Counted from the stretch's first letter, positions 1-12,014 are shown. The stretch: 64,000 nt of DNA from an uncultured Gammaproteobacteria bacterium (GCA_964536725.1 CAZHYJ010000005.1:3084-67083), one strand, 5' to 3'. Notes: generated by a model from the sequence alone, not told the origin. Made by a program: numbers and translations.

Positions 1-1035
1 TACAAAGAACACGTCGAAGAAGCAATAAAAAATCCCGGTGTGTGTGTAATAAAATATGCTGATTTTGCCAGGAACGCTTTAAGTATTAATAATCTTCCTG
101 AGGGAACAAAAAAGGATAATCTCAGAAAAAAATATGGGCCAGTTATCCAGGAAGTATTTTTGCCGGCTTTTCGTTCCATGTCCGAAAACCACCCCTTATT
201 CAATATTAGAGAAGCGCTTATTTTAGAATTAGAAAAAGCTTACAACGAACAATATTTGGCAGAAAACCCAGTTGAAACCTCCGAAAAAACAGCACAAACT
301 ATCTTGCTTGATTTTCTTGTTGACAATAATTTCCTAACGAGAAATGAAGTAACTTTAATATCTCCTGAAAAAGTTGAGGAGTTGATTGTGAGAACAGCGC
401 ATGACTATGAACATATCCCGAACGAGATTCCACAAATACAGATTGACAAAGCACGACGTATTCTCGGGCTTCAGCCGAATCTTGGTGAAGGCAGAATAGA
501 CACAACAAAAAGGAGTGAGGAAATCAAAAGGCTTACAGATGAAATGAGAAGGTATTTAGAAGAATTTAAAGCACGGTGCCCTGAGGTTTTGGGAGTGATT
601 CTTTGTGGAAGCAGAATGGACTCTGACAAATTACCTGCTCCAAACAGCGATGTAGATACTGTTTTAGTTTTAAAAAAAGGGACTATCACTGACCCTAGCA
701 CCCCGGAAGGTGAAGCACTGTTATATAAACTCAGAGCGTTCTCGGACAGTACGCCAACTGATTCAGGTTTTACCGTTGAACTAGATGAACTTTACTCAGC
801 AGATGACTTGCTGGCAAAACTTAAAAACTCGAACGACAAAAGCAAATTAACATGGGGTTGGAATCCAAGTGCAGTGAAATATATTGGAGACAACATCGAC
901 GACCTAGACGAGTTGGGAGCACAAATAAGAATTCTGGAAGGCATAAATAATCCTGGTGTAGTTAATTTAAAAAAAGAAAAGATTGCCGAAGCTAAAGAAT
1001 TAATCATTCACTATTTGGGACAGATAAAAAAATAA
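1..1035 (+). CDS. Nucleotidyltransferase-superfamily protein (Pol-beta-like NTase fold), 5' partial; the reading frame is open to the window edge and the track start at 40 is GTG
   Basis: C-terminal half has the hG[GS]x9-13[DE]h[DE]h pattern: LCGSRMDSDKLPAPNSDVDTVLVL. The roughly 190 aa upstream region has no recognisable motif. Frame is open from nt 1. Confidence 0.5.
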   Translation, partial: YKEHVEEAIKNPGVCVIKYADFARNALSINNLPEGTKKDNLRKKYGPVIQEVFLPAFRSMSENHPLFNIREALILELEKAYNEQYLAENPVETSEKTAQTILLDFLVDNNFLTRNEVTLISPEKVEELIVRTAHDYEHIPNEIPQIQIDKARRILGLQPNLGEGRIDTTKRSEEIKRLTDEMRRYLEEFKARCPEVLGVILCGSRMDSDKLPAPNSDVDTVLVLKKGTITDPSTPEGEALLYKLRAFSDSTPTDSGFTVELDELYSADDLLAKLKNSNDKSKLTWGWNPSAVKYIGDNIDDLDELGAQIRILEGINNPGVVNLKKEKIAEAKELIIHYLGQIKK

Positions 1036-1046
1036 TTGATAATATT

Positions 1047-1418
1047 ATGGCCCTCTATCTCAAAAATTTAGGTAAAAAAGGACGCGGGGTTTTTACTGAT
1101 AAATTAATACGCAAAGGCGAAGTAATTGAAACTTGCCCTGTCATTCCTCTTTCAAAAGAAGAGATAAAGATAATTAGAAAGACTCGTTTGGTTCACTACT
1201 GGTATTCTTGGAGCAAAGATTTAAGAACTGGCCAATGTATTGTGATGGGCTGGGGCATGATTTACAACCACTCATGCAAACCTAACGCTGATTTCAAGTC
1301 GGACATGAAAAACAAAAATATTATATACTTTGCAATTAAAGATATTTTGCCCGGGGAGGAAATAACGGACGATTACGGTGTAAGATTGTGGTTTAAAGAA
1401 CATGATGAAAATAAATAA
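1047..1418 (+). CDS. Minimal SET-domain protein (putative lysine methyltransferase), 123 aa
   Basis: GRGVF (GxG AdoMet motif), NHSCKPN (the SET NHSCxPN motif) and EEITDDYG (ELxxDY-like). No pre- or post-SET extensions. Confidence 0.75.
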   Translation: MALYLKNLGKKGRGVFTDKLIRKGEVIETCPVIPLSKEEIKIIRKTRLVHYWYSWSKDLRTGQCIVMGWGMIYNHSCKPNADFKSDMKNKNIIYFAIKDILPGEEITDDYGVRLWFKEHDENK

Positions 1419-1420
1419 TT

Positions 1421-1927
1421 ATGAATGAATGCTTAACTACCTGCCGCGGTTGCTGTAAATTTAAAAAAGATGAAATATATTTTGCACCAAAAATCACGCG
1501 CGAAGAAATAGCCACCATAAAATCCAACGGCTCATACAAGGATGTTTTTCGTCCTTTCAAAAAATCCAAAAAAATTTTCCAAATAACTTTGATCAAATCA
1601 GGGCTTACTAAAGAAGTGTTTGTCTGCCCATATTTAAACGAAGCTACACAGGCATGTGAAATATACAATTTCAGACCATTTGATTGTGAATTCTGGCCTT
1701 TTTTATTAATGTATGATAAGAAAAAAGAGAAGATACTTATCGCTCATGTTAATAAAGAAATATGTCCGATCACTGATACGATGAATGAAGGAGAATTTAA
1801 AAATTATCTGATCAAAAAACTTGATAAATTAATGCGAGAAAAAGACGTGATCAATTTGATCAACAAATACCCTGAGTTAATTTGGGACTATGAACCCGAC
1901 ACATTCGTTATTAAAGAAATCGTATAA
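1421..1927 (+). CDS. YkgJ/UPF0153-family cysteine-cluster protein (FliB-like CxxCxxCC domain)
   Basis: N-terminal CLTTCRGCC matches CxxCxxCC. The second cluster FVCPYLNEATQACEIYNFRPFDCEFWPF fits the family pattern. Start lies 3 nt after the SET gene stop. Confidence 0.7.
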   Translation: MNECLTTCRGCCKFKKDEIYFAPKITREEIATIKSNGSYKDVFRPFKKSKKIFQITLIKSGLTKEVFVCPYLNEATQACEIYNFRPFDCEFWPFLLMYDKKKEKILIAHVNKEICPITDTMNEGEFKNYLIKKLDKLMREKDVINLINKYPELIWDYEPDTFVIKEIV

Positions 1928-1954
1928 GACGATTACAAATTAGTTTAACTAACA

Positions 1955-1993
1955 CAAAAAAATATGCCGATCGGACTGATCGGCATATTTTTA
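1955..1993. terminator. Bidirectional intrinsic terminator between convergent genes
   Basis: An A-run, then stem atatgccgat/atcggcatat, then a T-run. It sits between the YkgJ (+) stop and the uvrA-paralog (-) stop. A near-identical stem occurs at 44029-44058. Confidence 0.6.
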
Positions 1994-4579
1994 TAACACT
2001 TTCTTTAAATACTGCCCAGTAAAAGTACCAGCCTTCCGTGCCACTTCTTCGGGTGTACCAGTCGCCGTCACTTCCCCGCCTTTGTCTCCACCCTCCGGAC
2101 CCAAGTCGATTATCCAATCGGCACATTTAATTACGTCTAGGTTGTGCTCAATTACCAACACGGTATTTCCCTGACTAACCAACCGCTCTAATACCACCAG
2201 CAATTTTCGCACATCCTCGTAATGCAGACCAGTGGTCGGCTCGTCTAACAAATACAAAGTTTTGGTAGTACCGTGTTTTGCCAACTCACGACTCAATTTA
2301 ATACGTTGCGCTTCCCCACCTGACAAGGTAGTGGCTGATTGCCCAAGAGTTAAATAATCCAAACCAACCTCATTCAATATTTTCAACTTGTCATAAATCA
2401 TCGGAATATCCCGAAAGAATTCCTCCGCATCTTCGATCGTCATCTCTAAAACGTCCGCGATACTTTTGCCTTTGTAATGAATCTGCAAAGTTTCTTGATT
2501 AAATCTTTTGCCTTTACAAATATCACACCCCACTTTCACGCTGGGCAAAAAATGCATTTCAATTTCCAAATATCCCCGTCCTTCGCAGTTTTCACAGCGA
2601 CCGCCAATACCGCGATGACTACCGTCTTTCGGTGGTAACGACGGAACATTGAAACTAAAACGACTAATACCAAACCCACGCATGCGTGCCTCCGGAGTGG
2701 CTGCAAACAATTCGCGGATAAAATCATAAGCCTTGGTATAGGTGGCAGGATTTGAACGCGGCGTACGCCCGATCGAACTTTGATCGATTGCGATAATCCG
2801 ATCCAAATATTCCATGCCTACAATTTCTTTAAATGCTCCAGTTGGTTTATCTAAATGATTAAATTTGTTAGACACTGCCTTTTCGATAATATCGTGCATC
2901 AAAGTACTTTTACCCGAACCGGACACACCGGTTAAACAAACAAGCCGGCGCAGCGGAATTTCAACAGTAATGTTTTTTAAATTGTGCTCCGTCGCACCTT
3001 TGACTTTCAACTTCGGTGTCGTATTGTCCACCTTACGTCTTTTTTCTGGTGTCGCGATTTTTAATTCACGACGTAAATATTTTCCCGTCAAAGATTTTTC
3101 CGCGCTACCCAAAACCTGACAAACTGGATTACTTGCTTTGTTTTTTGATAACAAACTTATCCGTGGTCCACTGTAAATGATTTCACCACCATGCTTACCT
3201 GCCCCTGGACCAAAATCTACTACCCAATCGCTGGCTAAAATTGTATCTTCGTCGTGTTCCACTACAATAATAGTATTACCAACATCACAAAGATTGCGCA
3301 ATGTTTTTACCAATTGATCATTGTCTTTTTGGTGCAAACCAATTGTGGGCTCATCCAACACGTACAAAGCACCGACCAATCGTGTGCCCACCTGACTGGC
3401 CAAACGAATACGCTGTGCTTCTCCACCTGACAAAGTGCCAGCGGTGCGGTTTAAAGTAAGGTAATGCAAACCCACATCATACATAAACTGCAGACGATTT
3501 TGAATTTCTTTTAAAACTGCTCCGGCGATTTCTTGGTCGCGACTAGGCAGTTCCATTTCTAGTTCCGCAAAAAACTCGCGGACATTGCGAATGTTCAAAG
3601 ACACCACTTCCCAAATATTTTTCCCGCCCACCCGTACGTTCAGTGCGTTTTCATTCAAACGTTTGCCATTACATTTTGGACAAACTTCTTCACTAAACAA
3701 TTCTTTCGTTCCTAAGCCAGTACAATATTCACAATATCCATATGGACTATTAAAACTAAACAAACGCGGCTCAATTTCTGGAAAACTAAAGCCATCCTTC
3801 GGACAAGAATATTCCGTCGAGAAAATTATTTCTTCCTTATCAGGAAAAATCGCGATACACAATCCATTCGCTAAATCCACTGCATTCTCCACCGCCTCAC
3901 TCAAACGCTTTTCAACCTCTGTGGTTAGACCATCGGATAATGAAATACGATCCACCACCACCGCGATATCATGCTTGTCGTTTTTACTCAAAAGCAAACG
4001 CTCGCGCAAACTTTTAAATTTCCCATCCACCCGCACTTCCAAATATCCCGAGTTATACAAATCATACAACATTTGATAATACTCACCTTTGCGCCCCCGC
4101 ACCACAGGCGATAAAATTACTAGTTCATCCTTGCCAGCATGTTTCTTAATTTTTTTAACAATCTGTTCATACATTTCATCTGTTGTCATCTTCTCAATCT
4201 TTGTGCCACACAACGGACAATGCGGCGCGCCGATACGTGCGAACAACACGCGGAGATAGTCATAAATTTCCGTAATGGTTGCTACAGTGGAACGCGGATT
4301 GGCGCTATGTGCTTTTTGATCAATCGAAATGGCTGGTGACAAGCCGTCAATTTCATCCACATCTGGTTTTTGCATGCCGCCCAAAAACTGCCGGGCATAG
4401 GCCGACAATGATTCGATATATCGTCTTTGACCTTCAGCAAAGATAGTATCAAACGCCAAAGAGGACTTGCCTGAACCAGACAAACCCGTAAAAACAATCA
4501 TTTGATTGCGTGGCAACTCCAAAGAAATATTCTTTAGATTGTGCTCGCGCGCTCCTTTGATGATAATTTTGTTTTGCAT
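1991..4579 (-). CDS. uvrA: UvrA-like excinuclease ABC subunit A paralog (862 aa) lacking the insertion domain
   Basis: Two ABC ATPase modules ([18 protein letters not shown]; signature LSGGE twice). Zn module CPLCG..CPKDG..YCEYC..CPKCNGKRL is present. Only about 13 aa separate CEYCTGLG from CPKC, against about 125 aa in the 936-aa paralog at 20622-23432. Confidence 0.85.
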   Translation of the reverse strand: MQNKIIIKGAREHNLKNISLELPRNQMIVFTGLSGSGKSSLAFDTIFAEGQRRYIESLSAYARQFLGGMQKPDVDEIDGLSPAISIDQKAHSANPRSTVATITEIYDYLRVLFARIGAPHCPLCGTKIEKMTTDEMYEQIVKKIKKHAGKDELVILSPVVRGRKGEYYQMLYDLYNSGYLEVRVDGKFKSLRERLLLSKNDKHDIAVVVDRISLSDGLTTEVEKRLSEAVENAVDLANGLCIAIFPDKEEIIFSTEYSCPKDGFSFPEIEPRLFSFNSPYGYCEYCTGLGTKELFSEEVCPKCNGKRLNENALNVRVGGKNIWEVVSLNIRNVREFFAELEMELPSRDQEIAGAVLKEIQNRLQFMYDVGLHYLTLNRTAGTLSGGEAQRIRLASQVGTRLVGALYVLDEPTIGLHQKDNDQLVKTLRNLCDVGNTIIVVEHDEDTILASDWVVDFGPGAGKHGGEIIYSGPRISLLSKNKASNPVCQVLGSAEKSLTGKYLRRELKIATPEKRRKVDNTTPKLKVKGATEHNLKNITVEIPLRRLVCLTGVSGSGKSTLMHDIIEKAVSNKFNHLDKPTGAFKEIVGMEYLDRIIAIDQSSIGRTPRSNPATYTKAYDFIRELFAATPEARMRGFGISRFSFNVPSLPPKDGSHRGIGGRCENCEGRGYLEIEMHFLPSVKVGCDICKGKRFNQETLQIHYKGKSIADVLEMTIEDAEEFFRDIPMIYDKLKILNEVGLDYLTLGQSATTLSGGEAQRIKLSRELAKHGTTKTLYLLDEPTTGLHYEDVRKLLVVLERLVSQGNTVLVIEHNLDVIKCADWIIDLGPEGGDKGGEVTATGTPEEVARKAGTFTGQYLKKVL

Positions 4580-4669
4580 AAAAACGCCAAAAAGCCCCTA
4601 AAACGGGGTTACATACCAGACTATTAAAATACAAAGAACAGCTTAATTATACTAAATTAGTGTGAATTG

Positions 4670-5434
4670 TCAAGCGGCTTCTCTATAGTCTTCTTCTCTT
4701 GGACTAACAGCAACCGTGTCTCTGCCTGTAATTTTTCTTCCACCAAACCCACCTGTCTTAGAAGAGACATCTTCTACATTTTCCGTATTCACCAAAGCGC
4801 CGGAATCGCCATTAAACCACTGCCATACCATTTCAACAGGGAAAGTGTTTGTTTTCATTTCAGCACCCATTTTATAGGTCACTCGAATTTTTTTGCCATC
4901 TTCTATAATATCGTAGATATTTGAAAATCTATCTTTACCACCATCCACTATTCTAATATTTAACAGATCACCTTTGTATTTTGATTTCAATATCGAATCC
5001 AACCATTCAGCTGCTTTCCTGTCTTCTGTTTTATATTTTTTATAATACAAATCCGGATGATTATTTTTACAATCTGATTGGAGAGACAAAAATTCCTTAA
5101 CCCTAATTCTTCTTGGCGGCATGCTTTCATCTTCTTCAAAACCATCTTTAACAAGCGGTTGGACTAACACTAGATCCTCCGTTTGACCAGGCATATTATC
5201 CTTAAGCGGTGCACTAATCATTCGTCCTAACTCATACTTTCCATTAGCCGATGGTATCCAAACAACTTTCCCCATCATCGCCGTTGCTTCTCGGTAGAGC
5301 CGACTTCTTTCTCTTTCATTAACATTTTCCTCTATATTACCCACCGCCGCTGGCCTTGATTCTGGGGACTTTTCCCCTGCTTTAGCATATTTTTCTAATT
5401 CATTATAAAACCCTCCCATCATTCCTTCTCTCAT
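4670..5434 (-). CDS. Hypothetical protein (254 aa) between the uvrA paralog and uvrB
   Basis: Long ORF in the same operon orientation. Gly-rich C-terminal tail (GGFGGRKITGRD). No recognisable motif. Confidence 0.45.
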   Translation of the reverse strand: MREGMMGGFYNELEKYAKAGEKSPESRPAAVGNIEENVNERERSRLYREATAMMGKVVWIPSANGKYELGRMISAPLKDNMPGQTEDLVLVQPLVKDGFEEDESMPPRRIRVKEFLSLQSDCKNNHPDLYYKKYKTEDRKAAEWLDSILKSKYKGDLLNIRIVDGGKDRFSNIYDIIEDGKKIRVTYKMGAEMKTNTFPVEMVWQWFNGDSGALVNTENVEDVSSKTGGFGGRKITGRDTVAVSPREEDYREAA

Positions 5435-5477
5435 ATAAATAAGTTAAATTAACAATTTCAACATAATTACTATACCA

Positions 5478-7544
5478 CTATTTTTTTCCACCGACAATCT
5501 TGTTTTTACCCAGACCTTTCCTCAACACATCAACCTCGTCTCGCAAAATCGCCGCCAACTCAAACTCCAGATCTTTAGCCGCTTCACGCATCTGCTGTTC
5601 TTTTTCTTTGATAATTTCCCCCACCGGACGACCATCGCCCAGCAGATCTAATTCTAAAATATCTTTAATTCTTTCTTTGCCTTTTCTTTTACCTGCTTTT
5701 TCTTTGCTACCAGAAATGCCAAATTCTTCTAAAATATTTCTAATACTTTTCACGATCGTCTTCGGCGTAATACCATGTTTCTTGTTGTACGCCAACTGTA
5801 CTTTCCGGCGACGATCTGTCTCTTCAATCGCGCGTTTAATTGAACCAGTAATATTATCCGCATACAAAACCACCCGACCATTAGCGTTGCGCGCGGCACG
5901 GCCGATAGTTTGAATCAAACTAGTGGTACTACGCAAAAATCCTTCCTTATCTGCATCCAAGATCGCTACGAGCGACACCTCAGGCATGTCCAACCCTTCA
6001 CGCAAAAGGTTGACGCCGATAATTACATCAATCTCGCCCTTGCGTAGGGCGGCGATAATCTCAATTCGTTCAAGTGTTAAAATATCGCTGTGTAAATATT
6101 TTACCTTTACTTTCTTTTGTAATAAATAATCACTCAAATCTTCCGCCATTTTTTTAGTTAAAGTGGTAACCAATACTCGCTCGTTCACTTTAACGCGTTC
6201 ATCAATCATCACCATCAAATCTTCGATCTGCGATTTTACCGAACCATCTTTTTTGCCTGTCACCGGTCGGATGATCACCTCGGAATCAACCAAACCTGTT
6301 GGACGCACCACCTGCTCTACCACTTGTTGGCTAGCAGTTAATTCATATTCATCTGGAGTAGCCGAAACATATACCGTCTGTACCACCCGGCTTTCAAATT
6401 CTTCATAACGCAACGGCCGATTGTCTCGCGCACTCGGCAACCTAAACCCATGTTCCACCAAAATATCTTTACGTGCCTTGTCGCCATTGTACATCCCCCG
6501 AATCTGGGGCACGGTCATATGCGACTCATCGATCACGGTTAAGAAGTCCGGTGAACAATATTTAAAATAATCCAACAACGAAAAAGGCGGCTCACCTGCG
6601 GCGCGATTTTCAAAATGACGGGAGTAGTTTTCAATACCATTACAATAACCAAGATTTTGGATCATTTCCAAATCATAATTCACCCGACGTTTTAATCTCT
6701 CATATTCCAAAACTTTTCCTTCATCTTCAAATTGTTTTAATTGTTCTGCCAACTCCGCTCGAATCGAAAGAACCGCTTTGTCACGTGCCGCCGGACTAGC
6801 GACATAATGCCGAGCGGGAAAAATCCACGCATCCGAAACTTCGCGTTTTACTTTCCGCGTCACCGGATCCACCTGTTCAATCAAATCGATTCTCTCCCCC
6901 ACTTCGAAACGATAGATCATTTCTTCGTTCACCGGCATCAGCTCAAACACCTGGCCATGCAAACGAAAACTACCCCGTTTCAAATCACTGTTAGTTCTTT
7001 CAAATTGCATCTCCACTAATTGTGCCAACAATTCTTCGCGATTGAGCTTTTGATCAACTGTTAGATGCAAAACAATTTTTTCATATTCTGCCGGCGAACC
7101 CAAACCATATATCGCAGAAACTGAGGCGACGATAATCACATCCTTACGCATCAGCAAAGCTTGGGTGCAAGCATGGCGCAAACGATCGATCTCTTGATTG
7201 ATCTGTGCTTCTTTTTCGATGTAGGTGTCAGAGTGTGGTAGATATGCTTCAGGTTGGTAGTAGTCATAATAGGAAACAAAATATTCCACCGCATTGTCCG
7301 GAAAAAATTCACGGAATTCATTGCACAACTGCGCCGCTAAAGTTTTGTTGTGGGCGATGACCAAAGTCGGCAGCTTTACCTCATTAATCACATTGGCAAT
7401 CGTAAAAGTTTTACCCGAACCGGTAACACCAAGCAATGTCTGTTTAGACATTTTTTGTTTCAACCCTGCCACCAGCTTTTCAATCGCTTCCGGCTGATCA
7501 CCGGCGGGCTTCATTTTAGTTTGTAATTTAAAAATCTCTTCCAT
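5478..7544 (-). CDS. uvrB: Excinuclease ABC subunit B (UvrB)
   Basis: GVTGSGKTFTIANVI Walker A; helicase motifs; C-terminal UVR-like coiled coil (EQQMREAAKDLEFELAAILRDE). Confidence 0.93.
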   Translation of the reverse strand: MEEIFKLQTKMKPAGDQPEAIEKLVAGLKQKMSKQTLLGVTGSGKTFTIANVINEVKLPTLVIAHNKTLAAQLCNEFREFFPDNAVEYFVSYYDYYQPEAYLPHSDTYIEKEAQINQEIDRLRHACTQALLMRKDVIIVASVSAIYGLGSPAEYEKIVLHLTVDQKLNREELLAQLVEMQFERTNSDLKRGSFRLHGQVFELMPVNEEMIYRFEVGERIDLIEQVDPVTRKVKREVSDAWIFPARHYVASPAARDKAVLSIRAELAEQLKQFEDEGKVLEYERLKRRVNYDLEMIQNLGYCNGIENYSRHFENRAAGEPPFSLLDYFKYCSPDFLTVIDESHMTVPQIRGMYNGDKARKDILVEHGFRLPSARDNRPLRYEEFESRVVQTVYVSATPDEYELTASQQVVEQVVRPTGLVDSEVIIRPVTGKKDGSVKSQIEDLMVMIDERVKVNERVLVTTLTKKMAEDLSDYLLQKKVKVKYLHSDILTLERIEIIAALRKGEIDVIIGVNLLREGLDMPEVSLVAILDADKEGFLRSTTSLIQTIGRAARNANGRVVLYADNITGSIKRAIEETDRRRKVQLAYNKKHGITPKTIVKSIRNILEEFGISGSKEKAGKRKGKERIKDILELDLLGDGRPVGEIIKEKEQQMREAAKDLEFELAAILRDEVDVLRKGLGKNKIVGGKK

Positions 7545-7546
7545 AA

Positions 7547-8644
7547 TTAGTATCTTTTTTCAATCACACTCTGCACCATCCCAACCATCAAAAGATTAAC
7601 AATCAAAGACGAACCACCATAACTAACAAACGGTAACGTCACACCCGTCACTGGTAATAATCCCAAATTGGCGCCAACGTTGATAACCAACTGACTAAAA
7701 AATACCAGCGTCACCCCACTCACTATTACCGCGGCAAAATCATTATCGGAATGCCGAATAATCCGTATCAGCCGCCAAAACACAAAACCGAATAAACCCA
7801 ACACTGCGGCCGCACCAGCAAAACCTAATTCTTCACCAATCACTGAGAAAACGAAATCAGTCTGTGCTTCCGGTAAAAACCGCAACTGACTTTGCGAACC
7901 AAAACCCAAACCGCGCCCAAAAAACTTACCCGAACCAATGGCGATCGCCGCTTGATTGGTATTGTACCCTGCTCCCAATGGATCCGACGCTGGATTAACA
8001 AAAGTTAACACACGATCTTTTTGATAATCTTGCAAAAGAAAAAACCAACTAAAAACTGCCACCACCATTACCCCCACCATTAAACCAATTAAATACAATC
8101 GTCGTGCGCCGACTAGACACATAATACCAAACCAAATCAAACCAAGTATTACTGCCGAACCAAGATCCGGCTGAAACATAACCAAAACGATCGCCGCTAA
8201 AGTAATCATCCCCGTACCAAAGAAAAAAAGTGGCCGCTCAAAATGCCGACCAAAACGCGACACTACATGAGCTAAAACAAGAACCAACCCCCACTTGGCC
8301 AACTCCACTGGTTGAAAAGAGAATCCCGCAACTGCAAACCAACCACGCGTGCCACGAATGGTGGAGCCAAAAAACAGAACAGCTAACAACAAAATTAGAC
8401 AAATAAGAAAAAACCACTTCGCATAGGAACGAAAAAAACCGCTCTGACGACTGGCGGCGAGGAACATTAAGGTAGTACCGATAAGAAGCGCAATCGATTG
8501 TTTGCGAAAATATATTAATTCCTGACCACGCGAAAGATCCACGCTATAAATCGCCGCCAAACCAATCAAAATCAAAAAAAACACGGCCCCCGTCAATCCC
8601 CAATCAAAATTACGCCATGAAAACTTAGAAAAAATTCCCGACAT
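7547..8644 (-). CDS. SEDS-family cell-wall polymerase (FtsW/RodA)
   Basis: Polytopic membrane protein of typical SEDS length. Stop abuts the uvrB start (3-nt gap). Confidence 0.7.
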   Translation of the reverse strand: MSGIFSKFSWRNFDWGLTGAVFFLILIGLAAIYSVDLSRGQELIYFRKQSIALLIGTTLMFLAASRQSGFFRSYAKWFFLICLILLLAVLFFGSTIRGTRGWFAVAGFSFQPVELAKWGLVLVLAHVVSRFGRHFERPLFFFGTGMITLAAIVLVMFQPDLGSAVILGLIWFGIMCLVGARRLYLIGLMVGVMVVAVFSWFFLLQDYQKDRVLTFVNPASDPLGAGYNTNQAAIAIGSGKFFGRGLGFGSQSQLRFLPEAQTDFVFSVIGEELGFAGAAAVLGLFGFVFWRLIRIIRHSDNDFAAVIVSGVTLVFFSQLVINVGANLGLLPVTGVTLPFVSYGGSSLIVNLLMVGMVQSVIEKRY

Positions 8645-8649
8645 AGTTT

Positions 8650-9621
8650 TTAGCTAGTAGGGGGAAGATATACTGAATTGTCGTAAATGTCAATCAACGG
8701 AAACACCCTCACATCTGTCACATTTAAACCAGTAACAAAACTGCGCAAATCAATCGCTCGAGTAGTACCTGCTACAAAACTGGGCAAGCGCAATTGCAAA
8801 ACACCCATCAACGTTTCGCCCTGAAACAAACCAACAGCAAAGTTTGCTTCTACATAAGAATACGGACTGGCATTATTTAAATTAAATTTAATTATATTCG
8901 CCGCCGCGCCTTCATCAGTATTAATACTACCAGCAGGCTCGAAAGAAAAATCACTCACCTTAAAATTCAAACGCGCTGCCTGCCACGCCGTCACATCGGT
9001 AATTTGATGATTCGAAATACGACGCCATTGTAAATTACTTATCACTAGCTCCGCTCCGCTCGGATATTCTGTTTGATCATATCCTAAATGGGCAATCATC
9101 TTGGTTTCTTCTGGTAAAAGAAAAGCACGTTGTACTGGCGTCGGCGCACCATCAATATTAAAATAATAATCAAACGAAACGTAGAATCGATTGTTAGGAT
9201 TGGACACCTCACCTACCAAATCATATTTCTTTACTCCCCCTTGCAGAATCTGTGTGCCTGCAATTAAAAGCGGTGCCGGAGAATATGCGGGATGGATGAC
9301 CGTGTAATCATAAAAATACGCAAGGTCGCGATCCAATTTACTGCCGCTTTGCAATTCGTAAAGTGCCAAGCTACCACCCCTAATCAAAACATACAACCAA
9401 AAAATCACACTAAGTCCAATCAAAAACCCCACTGCCACGCGATACAACACCACCCGATTGCGCGCAAACCAAAAACCCCACTTAAACTCTGAAGTGGTAA
9501 ACTCAGCGGTTGGATCGGTATAACGAGTAAAACTTGGTTTAGGTAATTTCGAAGCGGAGTCCGGAGTAGGTGTACTAGCACTATCATTATTACCATTTTT
9601 TTGGTTATATATATTAAGCAT
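8650..9621 (-). CDS. Hypothetical membrane-anchored protein (N-terminal TM, extracytoplasmic domain)
   Basis: One N-terminal hydrophobic helix (VVLYRVAVGFLIGLSVIFWLYVLI), then about 230 aa with no motif. First gene of the minus-strand operon. Confidence 0.45.
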   Translation of the reverse strand: MLNIYNQKNGNNDSASTPTPDSASKLPKPSFTRYTDPTAEFTTSEFKWGFWFARNRVVLYRVAVGFLIGLSVIFWLYVLIRGGSLALYELQSGSKLDRDLAYFYDYTVIHPAYSPAPLLIAGTQILQGGVKKYDLVGEVSNPNNRFYVSFDYYFNIDGAPTPVQRAFLLPEETKMIAHLGYDQTEYPSGAELVISNLQWRRISNHQITDVTAWQAARLNFKVSDFSFEPAGSINTDEGAAANIIKFNLNNASPYSYVEANFAVGLFQGETLMGVLQLRLPSFVAGTTRAIDLRSFVTGLNVTDVRVFPLIDIYDNSVYLPPTS

Positions 9622-9727
9622 AGAATAGATTAATTTCGTTATTACTATTATACCTCAAAAACCGTTTTTCTTAAATACACGGCCTTGCCGACCTGGAGTA
9701 TTTATGGTAAAATTAAGTCACTTTTAA

Positions 9728-11959
<2,232 letters not shown>

Positions 11960-11967
11960 AATAGCTA

Positions 11968-11996
11968 TTGACGAAAGTAGCTATTTGTGCTAAGAT
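11968..11996 (+). promoter_or_regulatory. Sigma70-like promoter candidate (TTGACG-17-TAAGAT) followed by a hairpin
   Basis: Consensus-like hexamers with 17-nt spacing. A hairpin at 12015-12037 lies immediately downstream, so its function is uncertain. Confidence 0.3.
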
Positions 11997-12014
11997 ATAC
12001 GCATAAATAATTTA

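Noticed and set aside
299-1007. Minus-strand ORFs (299-508, 471-701, 792-1007) antisense to the NTase gene
   Set aside because: They lie entirely inside a longer, motif-bearing plus-strand CDS and have no motifs or start context. These are typical shadow ORFs.
2536-4634. Numerous 60-160 aa ORFs on both strands inside the uvrA paralog (for example 3585-4076+, 2865-3119+)
   Set aside because: They overlap a clearly conserved ABC ATPase reading frame. No independent signals.
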